A DNA stretch of 64,000 nt from Candidatus Hodarchaeota archaeon (GTDB lineage: Archaea; Asgardarchaeota; Heimdallarchaeia; Hodarchaeales; Hodarchaeaceae), in the NCBI GenBank assembly GCA_016840035.1, contig JAEOTC010000154.1:8952-72951 (forward strand), read 5' to 3'. Position 1 is the stretch's first letter. Each line of letters starts with the position of its first letter. The notes below the pieces were generated by a model. That model was not told where the DNA came from, searched no databases, and worked only from the letters and a program-made list of their open reading frames with translations. A program made the position numbers and the translations under genes. Shown one piece after another: positions 38,194 to 48,438 of the stretch.

Positions 38194-39567
38194 GTGTACG
38201 CAATAATGAATAAAAAAAATTGTGCGATGGGTGTGCTAATTACCCTTCTAATGTTCTTAAGTGTTAGTTCAGTTGTGGGATATTCTGATAAAAATCTAGA
38301 AACTGATAGTTATCTTATATGGAAATATACAGATCCTACTTACCCCATATACCATGTAATCTCCGGTGATATTAATGGTGATGGAATAGATGATTGTTTT
38401 GCAAGAGATCATCAAACACATGTGTATGCGATTAATGGGAAAACAGGTGACGCACTCTGGACCTATTCAGCCCCTACTGATTTAGTGCGTTCGATATCCA
38501 TGGGTGACTTCAATAATGATGGAGTAGATGATGGACTAGTCGGGGAACTAGGAGGTAAAGTGTACGCCATTGATGGGATTACTGGAAATATCTTATGGAA
38601 TAATACTGATACAGATCAAAAAATTTTCTCGCTAGCGGCGGGAAACTTTAATAATGATGGATATGATGATGTTCTAGCCGGGACCTGGGAAAAATCAATG
38701 CTAGCAATCGATGGTCAGACTGGTGAAACCATCTGGAACTATACAAGTGCATCTGACTATATTTTACCTGTTACAACAGGAGATATTACTGGTGATGGTC
38801 TGGATGATGCTTTTGCTGGTTCTCTTGATGGAAAAATTTATGCCCTTAACGGAAGTAATGGTGACTCTTTATGGATTAATACTAATCAAACTGAATCTAA
38901 TGAGGTAATTACACTCGGTAATTTTAATAACGACTCAGTTTCAGACCTATTAGTTGGATGTTTAGGTGATTTAAAACTTTATACAGTGGATGGTGAGACA
39001 GGAACAATACTGTGGAGTAATTCAGAGATTGGATCGGTTCGTTCTGTTGCAGCAAAGGATATGAATAACGATGGAATTGATGATCCAATCGTAGGCTGTT
39101 CAGATTCAAATATTTACGTCTTTGACGGATTAGATGGGTCTCAATTATGGAATAATACAAATCCCCAAAATGAAGTACTTTCAGTTACAGTGGGAGATTT
39201 TGATAATGACGGGATGCAAGATGTTCTAGCGGGATCCTATGACACAAATCTTTATGTTTTTAGGGGAACAGATGGAGAGCTAATATGTGTAATAGACGAT
39301 CCTACTGATTGGGTAGTCTCAGTCGATGTTGGAGACTTTAATGGTGACCAAGTTGATGATATATTGGCAGGAGGGTACGATAAGACAATCTATGCTTTCA
39401 CACTAATAGAACCTGTGTTGACTACAGAAACCAGTTCATCAGCTATAGTTACAACAACAAGTGAGATTAGTTCCACTACTGAAGCATCCTCTACATCTAG
39501 TTGGTCTATTCTTATCCTTTGTACCAGCCTTGTAGTACTAAATGCTATAAAACGCAAGTATGTATAA
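38194..39567 (+). CDS. Secreted FG-GAP/PQQ-like beta-propeller with C-terminal anchor
   Basis: Eight GD(F/I)NxDGxDD Ca-binding repeats alternating with YAIDGxTGxxLW; S/T linker, TM helix, KRK. Confidence 0.85.
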   Translation: MYAIMNKKNCAMGVLITLLMFLSVSSVVGYSDKNLETDSYLIWKYTDPTYPIYHVISGDINGDGIDDCFARDHQTHVYAINGKTGDALWTYSAPTDLVRSISMGDFNNDGVDDGLVGELGGKVYAIDGITGNILWNNTDTDQKIFSLAAGNFNNDGYDDVLAGTWEKSMLAIDGQTGETIWNYTSASDYILPVTTGDITGDGLDDAFAGSLDGKIYALNGSNGDSLWINTNQTESNEVITLGNFNNDSVSDLLVGCLGDLKLYTVDGETGTILWSNSEIGSVRSVAAKDMNNDGIDDPIVGCSDSNIYVFDGLDGSQLWNNTNPQNEVLSVTVGDFDNDGMQDVLAGSYDTNLYVFRGTDGELICVIDDPTDWVVSVDVGDFNGDQVDDILAGGYDKTIYAFTLIEPVLTTETSSSAIVTTTSEISSTTEASSTSSWSILILCTSLVVLNAIKRKYV

Positions 39568-39700
39568 AATACTAATCAATCAGTTGCTCCAACATTCAGT
39601 TCGATCAAAGTTATAAGGTTATAACTAGAAATTAGAATTATATTTCATTGGGCGAAATTTATTCAGTCGCTGAATACATTCTAATATCTAGTCCTATTGT

Positions 39701-40267
39701 ATGTGGAATTATATTATGATCGGTCGACAAAAACTTGAATCAATGTCAGAATCTGAACTTGATGAGCTTTATCAAGAGAAGAAAGCTGAATATGACAATC
39801 GCCTTAACAAGTATAAGCGGATCCAAGATTTATTACGACGGAAGGTCACTACTCGACAAAAAAGTGTAGAAAAATACCAATCTGAGGTTGATGTGCTTCA
39901 GAAAAAGCATCCTGATGTTAAGGTCGTCAAACAAGACTTTGACGACGATCCCAAGTTCCTACGCGAGAATATTCAAAAACTCACAACAACCCTTCTAAAT
40001 CTTCAAACTCAGCAGATTCAACTTAAAAAAGAATTAAAAGAACTTGATATGGAATTTGTAAAGCTACAAGCTCAAGAAAAATTTGTACAACAAGAAGTAG
40101 ACGATTTAATTAAAGAAAGCAATGAACTGGAACAGAACACAGGCGACTCATCTGAAAAAATGCAATTGGCCGTTATAACTTCAGAATATCAAACAACGCA
40201 CGATCTATTAGACACAATTACCCTGGAGATAGAACATCTTCACAAGAAACTACATGATAGGAGCTGA
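39701..40267 (+). CDS. Coiled-coil hypothetical protein
   Basis: K/E/Q/L-rich heptad pattern over the whole length. Confidence 0.7.
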   Translation: MWNYIMIGRQKLESMSESELDELYQEKKAEYDNRLNKYKRIQDLLRRKVTTRQKSVEKYQSEVDVLQKKHPDVKVVKQDFDDDPKFLRENIQKLTTTLLNLQTQQIQLKKELKELDMEFVKLQAQEKFVQQEVDDLIKESNELEQNTGDSSEKMQLAVITSEYQTTHDLLDTITLEIEHLHKKLHDRS

Positions 40268-40273
40268 ATAAAC

Positions 40274-41254
40274 ATGGTTGGAAAAATTGATGACATTCTT
40301 TCGCTCCTTTCACGGATGGAGAAATTAACAACCAACCATCTTCAAACCAAGCATGACCTCTCACAGGAACTTAAGGAGACCTCAGAAAAGGAGAAAAAAT
40401 TTAAAATAGAGGTCACTGAATTAAAAAAGGCTGTAGATCAATCAACAGGTGAATCAAAACCAGAACGAAAGATGGAAGATATCACAAAACTTATTACGAC
40501 TATAAACGATCTGGAAAATGAAATCGCAAACAATGAATTACAGAATTCTGAAATAGAATCAGAACTAACTCTGAAAAAGACCGAACAGGGTATTTTGGCA
40601 AATAAAATTCAAATGCTCCAAAATGAGAAAGAACAACTTGAAATCACATGTACCCAGAAGAAAGCTGAACGTTCCCGTGCAAAGAAAGACAGTGCAAAAG
40701 TTCAAAGAGAACGAGGAAAACTAAATAGATTGAGAAAGCAAATAGAAGTTAAAGAAGAACAAAAAAAGAACTTAGAATCAGCTACACAAACGATAAACTT
40801 AATTGAGCAAGTAATAATCGCCTCTTCACCTATTTCAGGAGACAAATCAGGAGAATTCCCCCAAGAGGTTTCTCAGGAATTACAAGAACAGATAATCTCC
40901 TCAAGGCAGAAATTTGATGAGGCACAAACAAAATTTTCTTCTACAGATCTCACTCCCTATTTACTTGATGCAGATAAATCATTTAGAATAGCTGTAAAGG
41001 CATTTATATTGTTAGATAGTAGGTTGAGGGATGAAATCACTGAACAACCATTCAATGAGCAAGTTTTCGAACTAGTAAGTTTTGGGTTGGTTCTCAATAC
41101 CCGTCATTTGAATGCTGTCGAAGCGATGTTACAAAAATTAGAAAAAGGGGTGGAAATTGCTCCCCTTGCGAGTTTTGCAAATGAAGTAAGAGATTATTTC
41201 AACGAAAATCTATCTCTGATTGGGATTAGTGGAGTATTACTTGAATTTGAGTAA
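40274..41254 (+). CDS. Coiled-coil protein with helical C-terminal domain
   Basis: Heptad-rich N-terminal ~180 aa; 6 nt after the previous gene. Confidence 0.7.
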   Translation: MVGKIDDILSLLSRMEKLTTNHLQTKHDLSQELKETSEKEKKFKIEVTELKKAVDQSTGESKPERKMEDITKLITTINDLENEIANNELQNSEIESELTLKKTEQGILANKIQMLQNEKEQLEITCTQKKAERSRAKKDSAKVQRERGKLNRLRKQIEVKEEQKKNLESATQTINLIEQVIIASSPISGDKSGEFPQEVSQELQEQIISSRQKFDEAQTKFSSTDLTPYLLDADKSFRIAVKAFILLDSRLRDEITEQPFNEQVFELVSFGLVLNTRHLNAVEAMLQKLEKGVEIAPLASFANEVRDYFNENLSLIGISGVLLEFE

Positions 41255-41318
41255 AGAAAAAACAGTATTTTACTCATACTGCTTCTTCCTACACTTTATG
41301 TTTGTTATTATGTCGTCC

Positions 41319-44300
41319 TTACTCTTTTTTCGGTCGTTTTCGATAACCTAAGATTGTCACAAGTAATGCGAGAGTGATCAGTGTAAAACCAGGGAAATAT
41401 CCCCCTTTGGCCGTCGTAGTAGTTGTAGAGGTGTCAGAAGGCGTAGTGGTGGTAGTAGTTATAGTGGTGTCAACGGTAAAGACTATTGTCATCTGTCCAC
41501 TATTCCCTGCTGTATCCACAGCAACTATGGTGATATTATTTTCACCCTCAGGAAGGGATGTAAGAACATTTCCACTGGGTAGGGCTGTAGTATTCGCCAC
41601 ACCATTGAGAAATATTGTTGTTACACCTTCTGATATGGTATAGGTTAAGGTCACACTGTTGCTAGTATAGGTTATATCATTTGGACTGGAAATTTCAACG
41701 ACTGGATTTGTATCATCTGTTGTAAAGATTAAGTCCATAGATACTCCATTTCCTGCACTATCTATTGCTAGTAGATATAAGGTATGGATGCCGTCTCCTG
41801 CTGGTAAAGGTGTTTGATACGGTGGTTCTAATAGCTGATATGGACCTATATCCCAATAGTACCTTAAGACGTCTAAATGAATCTCTGTTACACTCAGGTC
41901 AATAAGAGTCCCACTGTTATGATTAGTATTATTCGCTGGATATTCTAATATGATTACTGGGTCAATATCGTCAGTGATAAAGCTGTATATTTGAGAGACC
42001 AGATGACCAGCCGTATCATTCGCATATACATGTAACCAGTGGGTTCCTTCCCCAGTCGGTAGGGGAGTCTGATATGGTTCATTCCATGTCTGGTTTGTGT
42101 TGTCATCCCAATTGTACCAGACAGTATCCAGATATTCATCGAATACAGCAATATTCACGAGGATTCCTGAAGGGTAGATAGAATTGTTTTGATGTGAAGC
42201 TAATGTGATACTAGGGAGAATTTCATCTATTGTAAATTTCGTAACAAAAACATCCGTATAGAATTCTGTTCCTCCATAAGTATCATTAGCTGCACGATAA
42301 GTTGGAAAATCGCTTGACTCGGTGAATCCAGCGATATAACTATTGTTGTACTCGTCTATTGTTATGGTTTTACCTTCATCATCTTCAGACCCGCCTAAGT
42401 AAGTACTAAATATTAATCCGTTGCCTGAGCTATTGAATTTCGTTATGAATGCATCTTCATCATTGAGTCCACCATTATTACTGCTATCATAAGCATTAAC
42501 CGTTGGTAAATCATAGGATCTCGTTGTTCCCACTATATACGTATTGTTGTATACATCTACTACAATATCATTTGGAATATCAGAGAAATTGCCTCCAAAG
42601 AGTGTACTGAATACAAAGCCTGTGCCTGTGCTATTTAATTTCGTAATAAATCCTTCAAGTCCATCAAAACTGCTGTCATAGGCATTAACTAATGGATAAT
42701 CTGCTGAATTCGTTGTTCCACATATATAACTATTATTATAGATATCGACAGCCAGCGCTGTTGGATTGTCGTAGTTATTACCTCCGAGATAGGTACTAAA
42801 CACTAATCCATTCCCAGCTGCATTGATTTTACTTACGAAATAGTCTTTTGGTCCTGAAAGAGTGTCATTGATGGCATTTACTAGTGGGAAATCTGTAGAG
42901 CTATAGGTGTCACCTGTCAAGTACGTATTGTTGTATGCATCAATTGCAATAGCCCTAAAGTAATCCTGCCCATCACCTCCTAAATAAGAGCTGAATATTA
43001 GTCCCGTTCCAGTAGCATTGAGTTTGGTAACAAAAGCCTCTGATCCCCCAGCAATAACGGTATCAAAAGCATTTACTTTAGGAAAATTAGCAGAAAATGT
43101 CGTACCCGCGACATAAATATTGTCATAGGAATCAACAGCTATTTTTACGGTATTTTCGTTTGATGAACCCCCTAAATAGGTGCTAAAAATGAGTCCATTC
43201 CCCGTACTATTCAACTTTGCAATGAATCCGTCATCCCCTCCATTACGACTGGCATTCAATCCTTTATAGGTTGGAAAGTTGTCTGAACCCGTGGTCCCTG
43301 AAAGATAGATATTATTATTCGAATCAATTGAGAGTCCATCCGCTGTGTCATAGCTACTTCCACCCAGAAATGAACTGAAAACAATTCCTGTCCCAGTAGT
43401 GTTTAGTTTTGTTATAAAAGCATCTTGAGAGCCATTATGAGTACTTTCAAAAGCGTTAACGCTTGGAAAATTTATCGAATATGTGTAACCACAAATATAG
43501 GCATTATTATCCTGATCGACTACCACTTCTGCTGGATATTCATTATCATTCCCTCCTAAGAACGTACTGTAAGATAATACCAGAGGATCGATAACTAATA
43601 CTTGAGATGAATCATAAGTATCAATGAGATATCCATAACTGTTTGAGGATTTCGCTAAGAATGTAGCAGGGATTTCTGTTCCATCAAATTGAAAAACACG
43701 TAGGTGTGTATCTTGAATAACAGGGAATATTTGTGAAAAAGTGTTGAAAGCAACTCTATCCGGTTTTACGTTAAGCTGAATCGAATTACTTGTTTGAAGA
43801 ATAATATTATTTAGATCAGCCCCTGGATGAACCAGAAACTCGTATTTTAATCCATTTACTGACATATAATAACGTAGATCAATGTTCTCGTAGAGATTAT
43901 AGTACCACACCTCTTTAAATGTAGGAACATTTGCTGCCTGGAAATCTGAATAAAAATAATTGACATAATTTTTTTGTCGATGTATTCCAACTGGGGTTAT
44001 TTTTTCGGCATGGGGAAATGTAATGGAAAACGTAGTTAAACTAGATCCTCCTCCTGAGTCTGTAACAAACTTTATCTCTGATGTACTAAAACCAATACTC
44101 ATTCCTTGGGTTGAAAAATAATATTTTATCGACCCATCACTTATCTGCCCTTGGTTCTGGATAAAACCACTAAATGGCATATCTATTGGTGTGCTTATCG
44201 CAGGTACATTGGTTATTGGAATAAGTTTGGAAAAATCTTCTTCTGTTGAGACTTGGTCTACTCTCTTTTCTATATAGTTAGTTTTGTTAATTATACCATG

Positions 44301-44360
44301 AATTGTGAATATAATCATGGAAATTATTATTATTGTTTGTAGTTTTCTCTGGTTCACCAT
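41319..44360 (-). CDS. SBBP-repeat beta-propeller surface protein with Ig-like repeats and PGF-type C-terminal anchor
   Basis: FIQNQGQ, LKYEFLVHPGAD, IDP; seven (F/Y)STxLGG repeats; three Ig-like repeats; T-rich linker, PGF, TM helix, RKR. Confidence 0.88.
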   Translation of the reverse strand: MVNQRKLQTIIIISMIIFTIHGIINKTNYIEKRVDQVSTEEDFSKLIPITNVPAISTPIDMPFSGFIQNQGQISDGSIKYYFSTQGMSIGFSTSEIKFVTDSGGGSSLTTFSITFPHAEKITPVGIHRQKNYVNYFYSDFQAANVPTFKEVWYYNLYENIDLRYYMSVNGLKYEFLVHPGADLNNIILQTSNSIQLNVKPDRVAFNTFSQIFPVIQDTHLRVFQFDGTEIPATFLAKSSNSYGYLIDTYDSSQVLVIDPLVLSYSTFLGGNDNEYPAEVVVDQDNNAYICGYTYSINFPSVNAFESTHNGSQDAFITKLNTTGTGIVFSSFLGGSSYDTADGLSIDSNNNIYLSGTTGSDNFPTYKGLNASRNGGDDGFIAKLNSTGNGLIFSTYLGGSSNENTVKIAVDSYDNIYVAGTTFSANFPKVNAFDTVIAGGSEAFVTKLNATGTGLIFSSYLGGDGQDYFRAIAIDAYNNTYLTGDTYSSTDFPLVNAINDTLSGPKDYFVSKINAAGNGLVFSTYLGGNNYDNPTALAVDIYNNSYICGTTNSADYPLVNAYDSSFDGLEGFITKLNSTGTGFVFSTLFGGNFSDIPNDIVVDVYNNTYIVGTTRSYDLPTVNAYDSSNNGGLNDEDAFITKFNSSGNGLIFSTYLGGSEDDEGKTITIDEYNNSYIAGFTESSDFPTYRAANDTYGGTEFYTDVFVTKFTIDEILPSITLASHQNNSIYPSGILVNIAVFDEYLDTVWYNWDDNTNQTWNEPYQTPLPTGEGTHWLHVYANDTAGHLVSQIYSFITDDIDPVIILEYPANNTNHNSGTLIDLSVTEIHLDVLRYYWDIGPYQLLEPPYQTPLPAGDGIHTLYLLAIDSAGNGVSMDLIFTTDDTNPVVEISSPNDITYTSNSVTLTYTISEGVTTIFLNGVANTTALPSGNVLTSLPEGENNITIVAVDTAGNSGQMTIVFTVDTTITTTTTTPSDTSTTTTTAKGGYFPGFTLITLALLVTILGYRKRPKKE

Positions 44361-44765
44361 TTTTTATCCTCAGCTTTCAGTTTTTATTCCAAGTAAAAAA
44401 TTCTTCATTATTCGTTTTAGAATTTAGAAATAACAAGTTTTATTGATTGTATTTTAGAATTAACATAAATTATCGATGTTGTCTGAAAGACACCTATTCC
44501 ACACTGTCAGTTAATAAACGTGCCTGTTGTAACTGAATCTAATCATAATAACTGTCTTTCCCTTCCTCTCTGGTTTCTTTTCAACCTGAAGATTGTGACA
44601 AAAACCGTGATTACTCCTCCTATAAACCTCTCTCCTGATTAATTTTCAGCAATAGACAATTCTAAGTTAACTATTTTTGGCATAGCTATCAGAAAAGGTA
44701 CTAGCTATTTCATTTACTTCCCCGCAATTCTAATCATAAGTGTATAAAAAAAAGGGGGAGGAAGG

Positions 44766-45857
44766 CTAGATAAGCGACTTTCTATCACTTCCCTTCCAAG
44801 CTCCAAACTTAAAGATATCATAGAGCGCTGAAAGAAATGAGATAACTGTCACAATTCCAAAGATCACTAATAAAAACAGATCTGCATTTTGAATAAACCA
44901 AAATACATCAGGATCTGCTAATACATCAGCTGGAGCATAAGCAGTTATTGCTTCTGTGAGAGTGAATGGGAAGTAAATTAATACAATTATCCCAGAAACT
45001 CCACTAGCAATATTTTTCACTGCTGAAGCTAACCGAGTAACCCTGATTCGTCCAAATAGCACGAGAAATGCATTGTATCCAATACTAATAATAAGTGAAA
45101 GATATATAGCAAGACCACTGATTAAATACCAGTTATCATTAAATATTGGAATGTCAGAAATCTCTAAATAAAGGAAAAAAGCAATAGCTAAGACGGTAAA
45201 TATACCTCCAAAGAATCCACCAAGGTGTTGTCCGAATGCTGACCAAAAGCTAACTTCAGGTTTTCGGGGATCTTCCCGTACATAATAAACATCTAAAGAT
45301 TTTTTTGGTACAGGTGTCGTCTTTTTATTAAATTCTGCCTTGATCTCTTCATACGACTTCTGGAATGAGACACGGAGTTTCAATATCTGTTCTTTAAAGG
45401 TTTTCTCATCAGAGATATATAAAGCCATCATAAAGAAGGCAATTCCAATCAATCCCATGACGAAGGATAGAAATGAGACAAAGGGATCATTTGTAGCCAT
45501 TTGAATGATCCATGCGATAGCCATAATCCCGATAAAACCAGCTAAAGCAAGTATTATGAATTGTTCATTCTGTATCTTAGATTCAGGTCTAGTTAATGGA
45601 GTTTTCCATTCATTAGCGATGTTAGATTCTTCTTCCAAAAATTTTGATGCGAGAGTTTTGGGATCTTCCATGATCATTAAAGCTTGTTCAAATGATTCAT
45701 GAATAGTTAAACCTTTTTGCTTTTCAGAGATATTGTGAGCAAGATCCCAGATGTGTGCTTGCAGTTCTTTTAAAATTTGGTCCTTATCTGCTAAAGGGTC
45801 AAGATATCTTCCAACTTCAGCAAGATAGTCATCAATTTCTTTATATGTCGTATTCAT
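44766..45857 (-). CDS. Membrane protein with N-terminal HAAS-like domain (PadR partner)
   Basis: IDDYLAEV..L..KDQILKELQAHI..MEDPKTLA; several TM helices; overlaps padR by 4 nt. Confidence 0.75.
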   Translation of the reverse strand: MNTTYKEIDDYLAEVGRYLDPLADKDQILKELQAHIWDLAHNISEKQKGLTIHESFEQALMIMEDPKTLASKFLEEESNIANEWKTPLTRPESKIQNEQFIILALAGFIGIMAIAWIIQMATNDPFVSFLSFVMGLIGIAFFMMALYISDEKTFKEQILKLRVSFQKSYEEIKAEFNKKTTPVPKKSLDVYYVREDPRKPEVSFWSAFGQHLGGFFGGIFTVLAIAFFLYLEISDIPIFNDNWYLISGLAIYLSLIISIGYNAFLVLFGRIRVTRLASAVKNIASGVSGIIVLIYFPFTLTEAITAYAPADVLADPDVFWFIQNADLFLLVIFGIVTVISFLSALYDIFKFGAWKGSDRKSLI

Positions 45858-46240
45858 AATATGTTCATCTCATTATTTTCAATTAAATTTTCAAGGATTT
45901 CATAATAATGAATCCAGTTCTGCCAAAGAGCTCGATAAGCCTGTTCTCCTTTGGAAGTTAAGTGATAATGCTTTCGTGCAGGACCCGATGTGGAAACTTT
46001 AAGTTTATGTTCAACCAATCCTTCTTTTTCGAATCTTCTTAGGATGGCATAGAAAGTTGCTTTTGAGGCATCGAGCTCTCCGTGCGTAGTTTCAACTAGT
46101 TTTTCTCCAATAAGGTAACCATAAATCCCTTCATCCTGGTACTGCTTGATGATAGCGAGTAATGCCAGACGATTAGCCGAGTTTATGAGACTAGTGATCT
46201 CCTTAGTCACCCATTGGGTAATTTCATCAGTTTGTGTCAA
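45854..46240 (-). CDS. PadR-family transcriptional regulator
   Basis: YGYLI, TFYAILRRFEKEGLV, GPARKHYHLTSKG, W..W. Confidence 0.92.
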   Translation of the reverse strand: MTQTDEITQWVTKEITSLINSANRLALLAIIKQYQDEGIYGYLIGEKLVETTHGELDASKATFYAILRRFEKEGLVEHKLKVSTSGPARKHYHLTSKGEQAYRALWQNWIHYYEILENLIENNEMNIL

Positions 46241-46255
46241 TTATAATACCTCAAA

Positions 46256-46273
46256 TAGTATTATCATCTACTA
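46256..46273. promoter_or_regulatory. Candidate PadR operator TAGTA-N8-TACTA
   Basis: 5-bp inverted repeat with 8-nt spacer 16 nt upstream of padR; the arms are short, so it may be chance. Confidence 0.3.
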
Positions 46274-46356
46274 ATAGCAGAAGTAGTATATGACTTAAGA
46301 ATACTTCGGTTGGGGTATTTCCCCGTACTTAAATACTCACACTCAATAATTAGTAT

Positions 46357-47673
46357 GTGAAGCTTCATTCGTTCGGTAAGTTCCATCAACCGACGTTCCT
46401 TCTAGTTGTGACTATTTTTTTATCCCAAAATAGTCTATATCTACTTTCTGCCCCCTCTGACATTGACAACACAATTTTTGACCTTTCCTTCAGAGGAGTT
46501 GATATTTCTTACCTACCAGAAATTGAAGATAATGGTGGGATATATTATTCAAATGGCCAAGCACAAAATCTCCTTCATATCTTAAAAAATAACGGTATTA
46601 ACTCAATTCGTCTTCGAATTTGGAATGATCCCTTAGATCAGTACTGTGGTAAGAATCAAACATTATCATTTGCAAAAAGGATTTCAAACCTTGATCTAAA
46701 ACTTCTTCTTGATTTTCATTATTCAGATACTTGGGCTGATCCTGGACATCAACTAAAACCCGAAGCTTGGAGTAATCTATCCTTCAATGACCTTAAAATT
46801 GCTATTTATGATTATACCTTTGAAATTATTTCTGATTTAGGTACCCAAGGGTCATTACCAAGCATAGTTCAGATAGGAAACGAAATTACTGGGGGTATGC
46901 TATGGGATGAGGGCAAGGTAGGAGGGGCATATAATACGGTTCCTCAATGGACTCAATTTACAGACCTTCTTAAAAGTGCTATTCAAGCGGTACATGACGC
47001 CGCAGAGGACGAAAGTATTCAGATTATGATTCATTCTGATCGAGGGGGGGACAATGCGGGATGTAGATGGTTTTATGATAATCTTCTCTTGTACAATGTT
47101 TCGTTTGATATCATTGGATTGTCCTACTACCCTTGGTGGCATGGTACCTTGCAAGATCTTAAGGAAAATTTGGTTAATCTATCAACAAGGTATGATCATA
47201 ATCTGTGCGTCGTAGAAACCGCGTATCCTTGGACTTTGGACTGGTATGATAATACTACCAATAGGATTGGTCTACAATCCCAACTCCATGAGGGGTATCC
47301 CGCAACCGTTCAAGGGCAATTAATGTTTCTAAAAGACTTATTTAAAATTGTAAAGAATTCAACATACTCGAAGGGAATCGGAGTTTATTATTGGGCACCA
47401 GAAGTCATTTCTACAGCTACTCGTGGGTCATCAAGAGAAAATCTTGGGTTTTTTGATTTTTCAGGAAATCTGCTTAACTCAATAAGTGCTTTTTCTCCGA
47501 CTCTGCCCGTAAGTTCTTCTCAAACGTTCACTGAAAGTCAAACTTCTATACAAAGTTATACAACCCAGTCCTCTGAAAATCTATCAACGAATGGAGAAGT
47601 TTCTTTTAGGGTTAGCTTAATCAGCTTGATTTTTGGGTTGTACATCATCTCTTATTATCGAAAACAAAATTAA
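46357..47673 (+). CDS. GH53 endo-beta-1,4-galactanase with C-terminal membrane anchor
   Basis: GVDISY, RLRIWNDP, DFHYSDTWADPGHQ, QIGNEI, GLSYYP, VETAYP, YYWAP. Confidence 0.92.
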   Translation: MKLHSFGKFHQPTFLLVVTIFLSQNSLYLLSAPSDIDNTIFDLSFRGVDISYLPEIEDNGGIYYSNGQAQNLLHILKNNGINSIRLRIWNDPLDQYCGKNQTLSFAKRISNLDLKLLLDFHYSDTWADPGHQLKPEAWSNLSFNDLKIAIYDYTFEIISDLGTQGSLPSIVQIGNEITGGMLWDEGKVGGAYNTVPQWTQFTDLLKSAIQAVHDAAEDESIQIMIHSDRGGDNAGCRWFYDNLLLYNVSFDIIGLSYYPWWHGTLQDLKENLVNLSTRYDHNLCVVETAYPWTLDWYDNTTNRIGLQSQLHEGYPATVQGQLMFLKDLFKIVKNSTYSKGIGVYYWAPEVISTATRGSSRENLGFFDFSGNLLNSISAFSPTLPVSSSQTFTESQTSIQSYTTQSSENLSTNGEVSFRVSLISLIFGLYIISYYRKQN

Positions 47674-47727
47674 ATCTAGGAAGAATTTACAGGATAGCTT
47701 TGATTTTAACATTTTAATGGGATTTAT

Positions 47728-48366
47728 ATGAACCTTTCTCCTCCTAAACTTGCCCCAAAAATCATTCTGGAAGGAACACGGCTGACACAAAAGACTGAGA
47801 TAGCATTTATGTTAAATGAACATCCACGTATTGTAGGCCCTCGTAAATATCGGTATCATTCTCCTATCATATCTGCGGAATGGTGTGGATTTACAAATTA
47901 TCCCTGGGGAAGAGGATTAATAAATTTTAATCCATCAGAGAAAAATTTAGCACTAGAAACATATCAAACCTGGATTAAAATGTTTGAACTTCAAAGATAT
48001 TATTCTTGGATAATTGATAGATTTCATATCAGCACAACGGTTTACCAGAAGCAACAGGGAAGAACGATAAATTTCGACTGGTTAGAAAAAAGACTAAAAC
48101 CTCTTGGTTTTTGTATAATCCTCTGTACTAGAAGTAAAAACAGCTTCTTTAACGCGAGAAAAGAACGATTAAAAATTTCTGGCAATCCTCAGCAATATGA
48201 TGATCTAACTGTCTTTATTGAAGAACAAGAGCTATTTAAGTACGTTATTTCTACGTCTACTCTTCCACATCTGGAAGTAGATGTATCTAACGATGATCTC
48301 GAAGCATCTTGTATCAAAGTTGCTGATTTCCTTGAAAGTAATAACCTCCTTGGACTTTATGATTAG
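47728..48366 (+). CDS. Hypothetical nucleoside-monophosphate-kinase-like P-loop protein
   Basis: IILEGTRLTQKT (degenerate Walker A); IIDRFHIS as in dTMP kinase-like proteins. Confidence 0.6.
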   Translation: MNLSPPKLAPKIILEGTRLTQKTEIAFMLNEHPRIVGPRKYRYHSPIISAEWCGFTNYPWGRGLINFNPSEKNLALETYQTWIKMFELQRYYSWIIDRFHISTTVYQKQQGRTINFDWLEKRLKPLGFCIILCTRSKNSFFNARKERLKISGNPQQYDDLTVFIEEQELFKYVISTSTLPHLEVDVSNDDLEASCIKVADFLESNNLLGLYD

Positions 48367-48438
48367 AATACACAAAGACGTACAAATGTGAAAACCAATG
48401 TTTATTATAAAGTGACAATCCTTTTTCAATGACCACCC

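Noticed and set aside
44361-44765. 400-bp intergenic region with a broken minus-strand frame (MPKIVNLELSIAEN*SGERFIGGVITVFVTIFRLKR...) and small hairpins
   Set aside because: Too short and interrupted to call a gene remnant or ncRNA without comparative data
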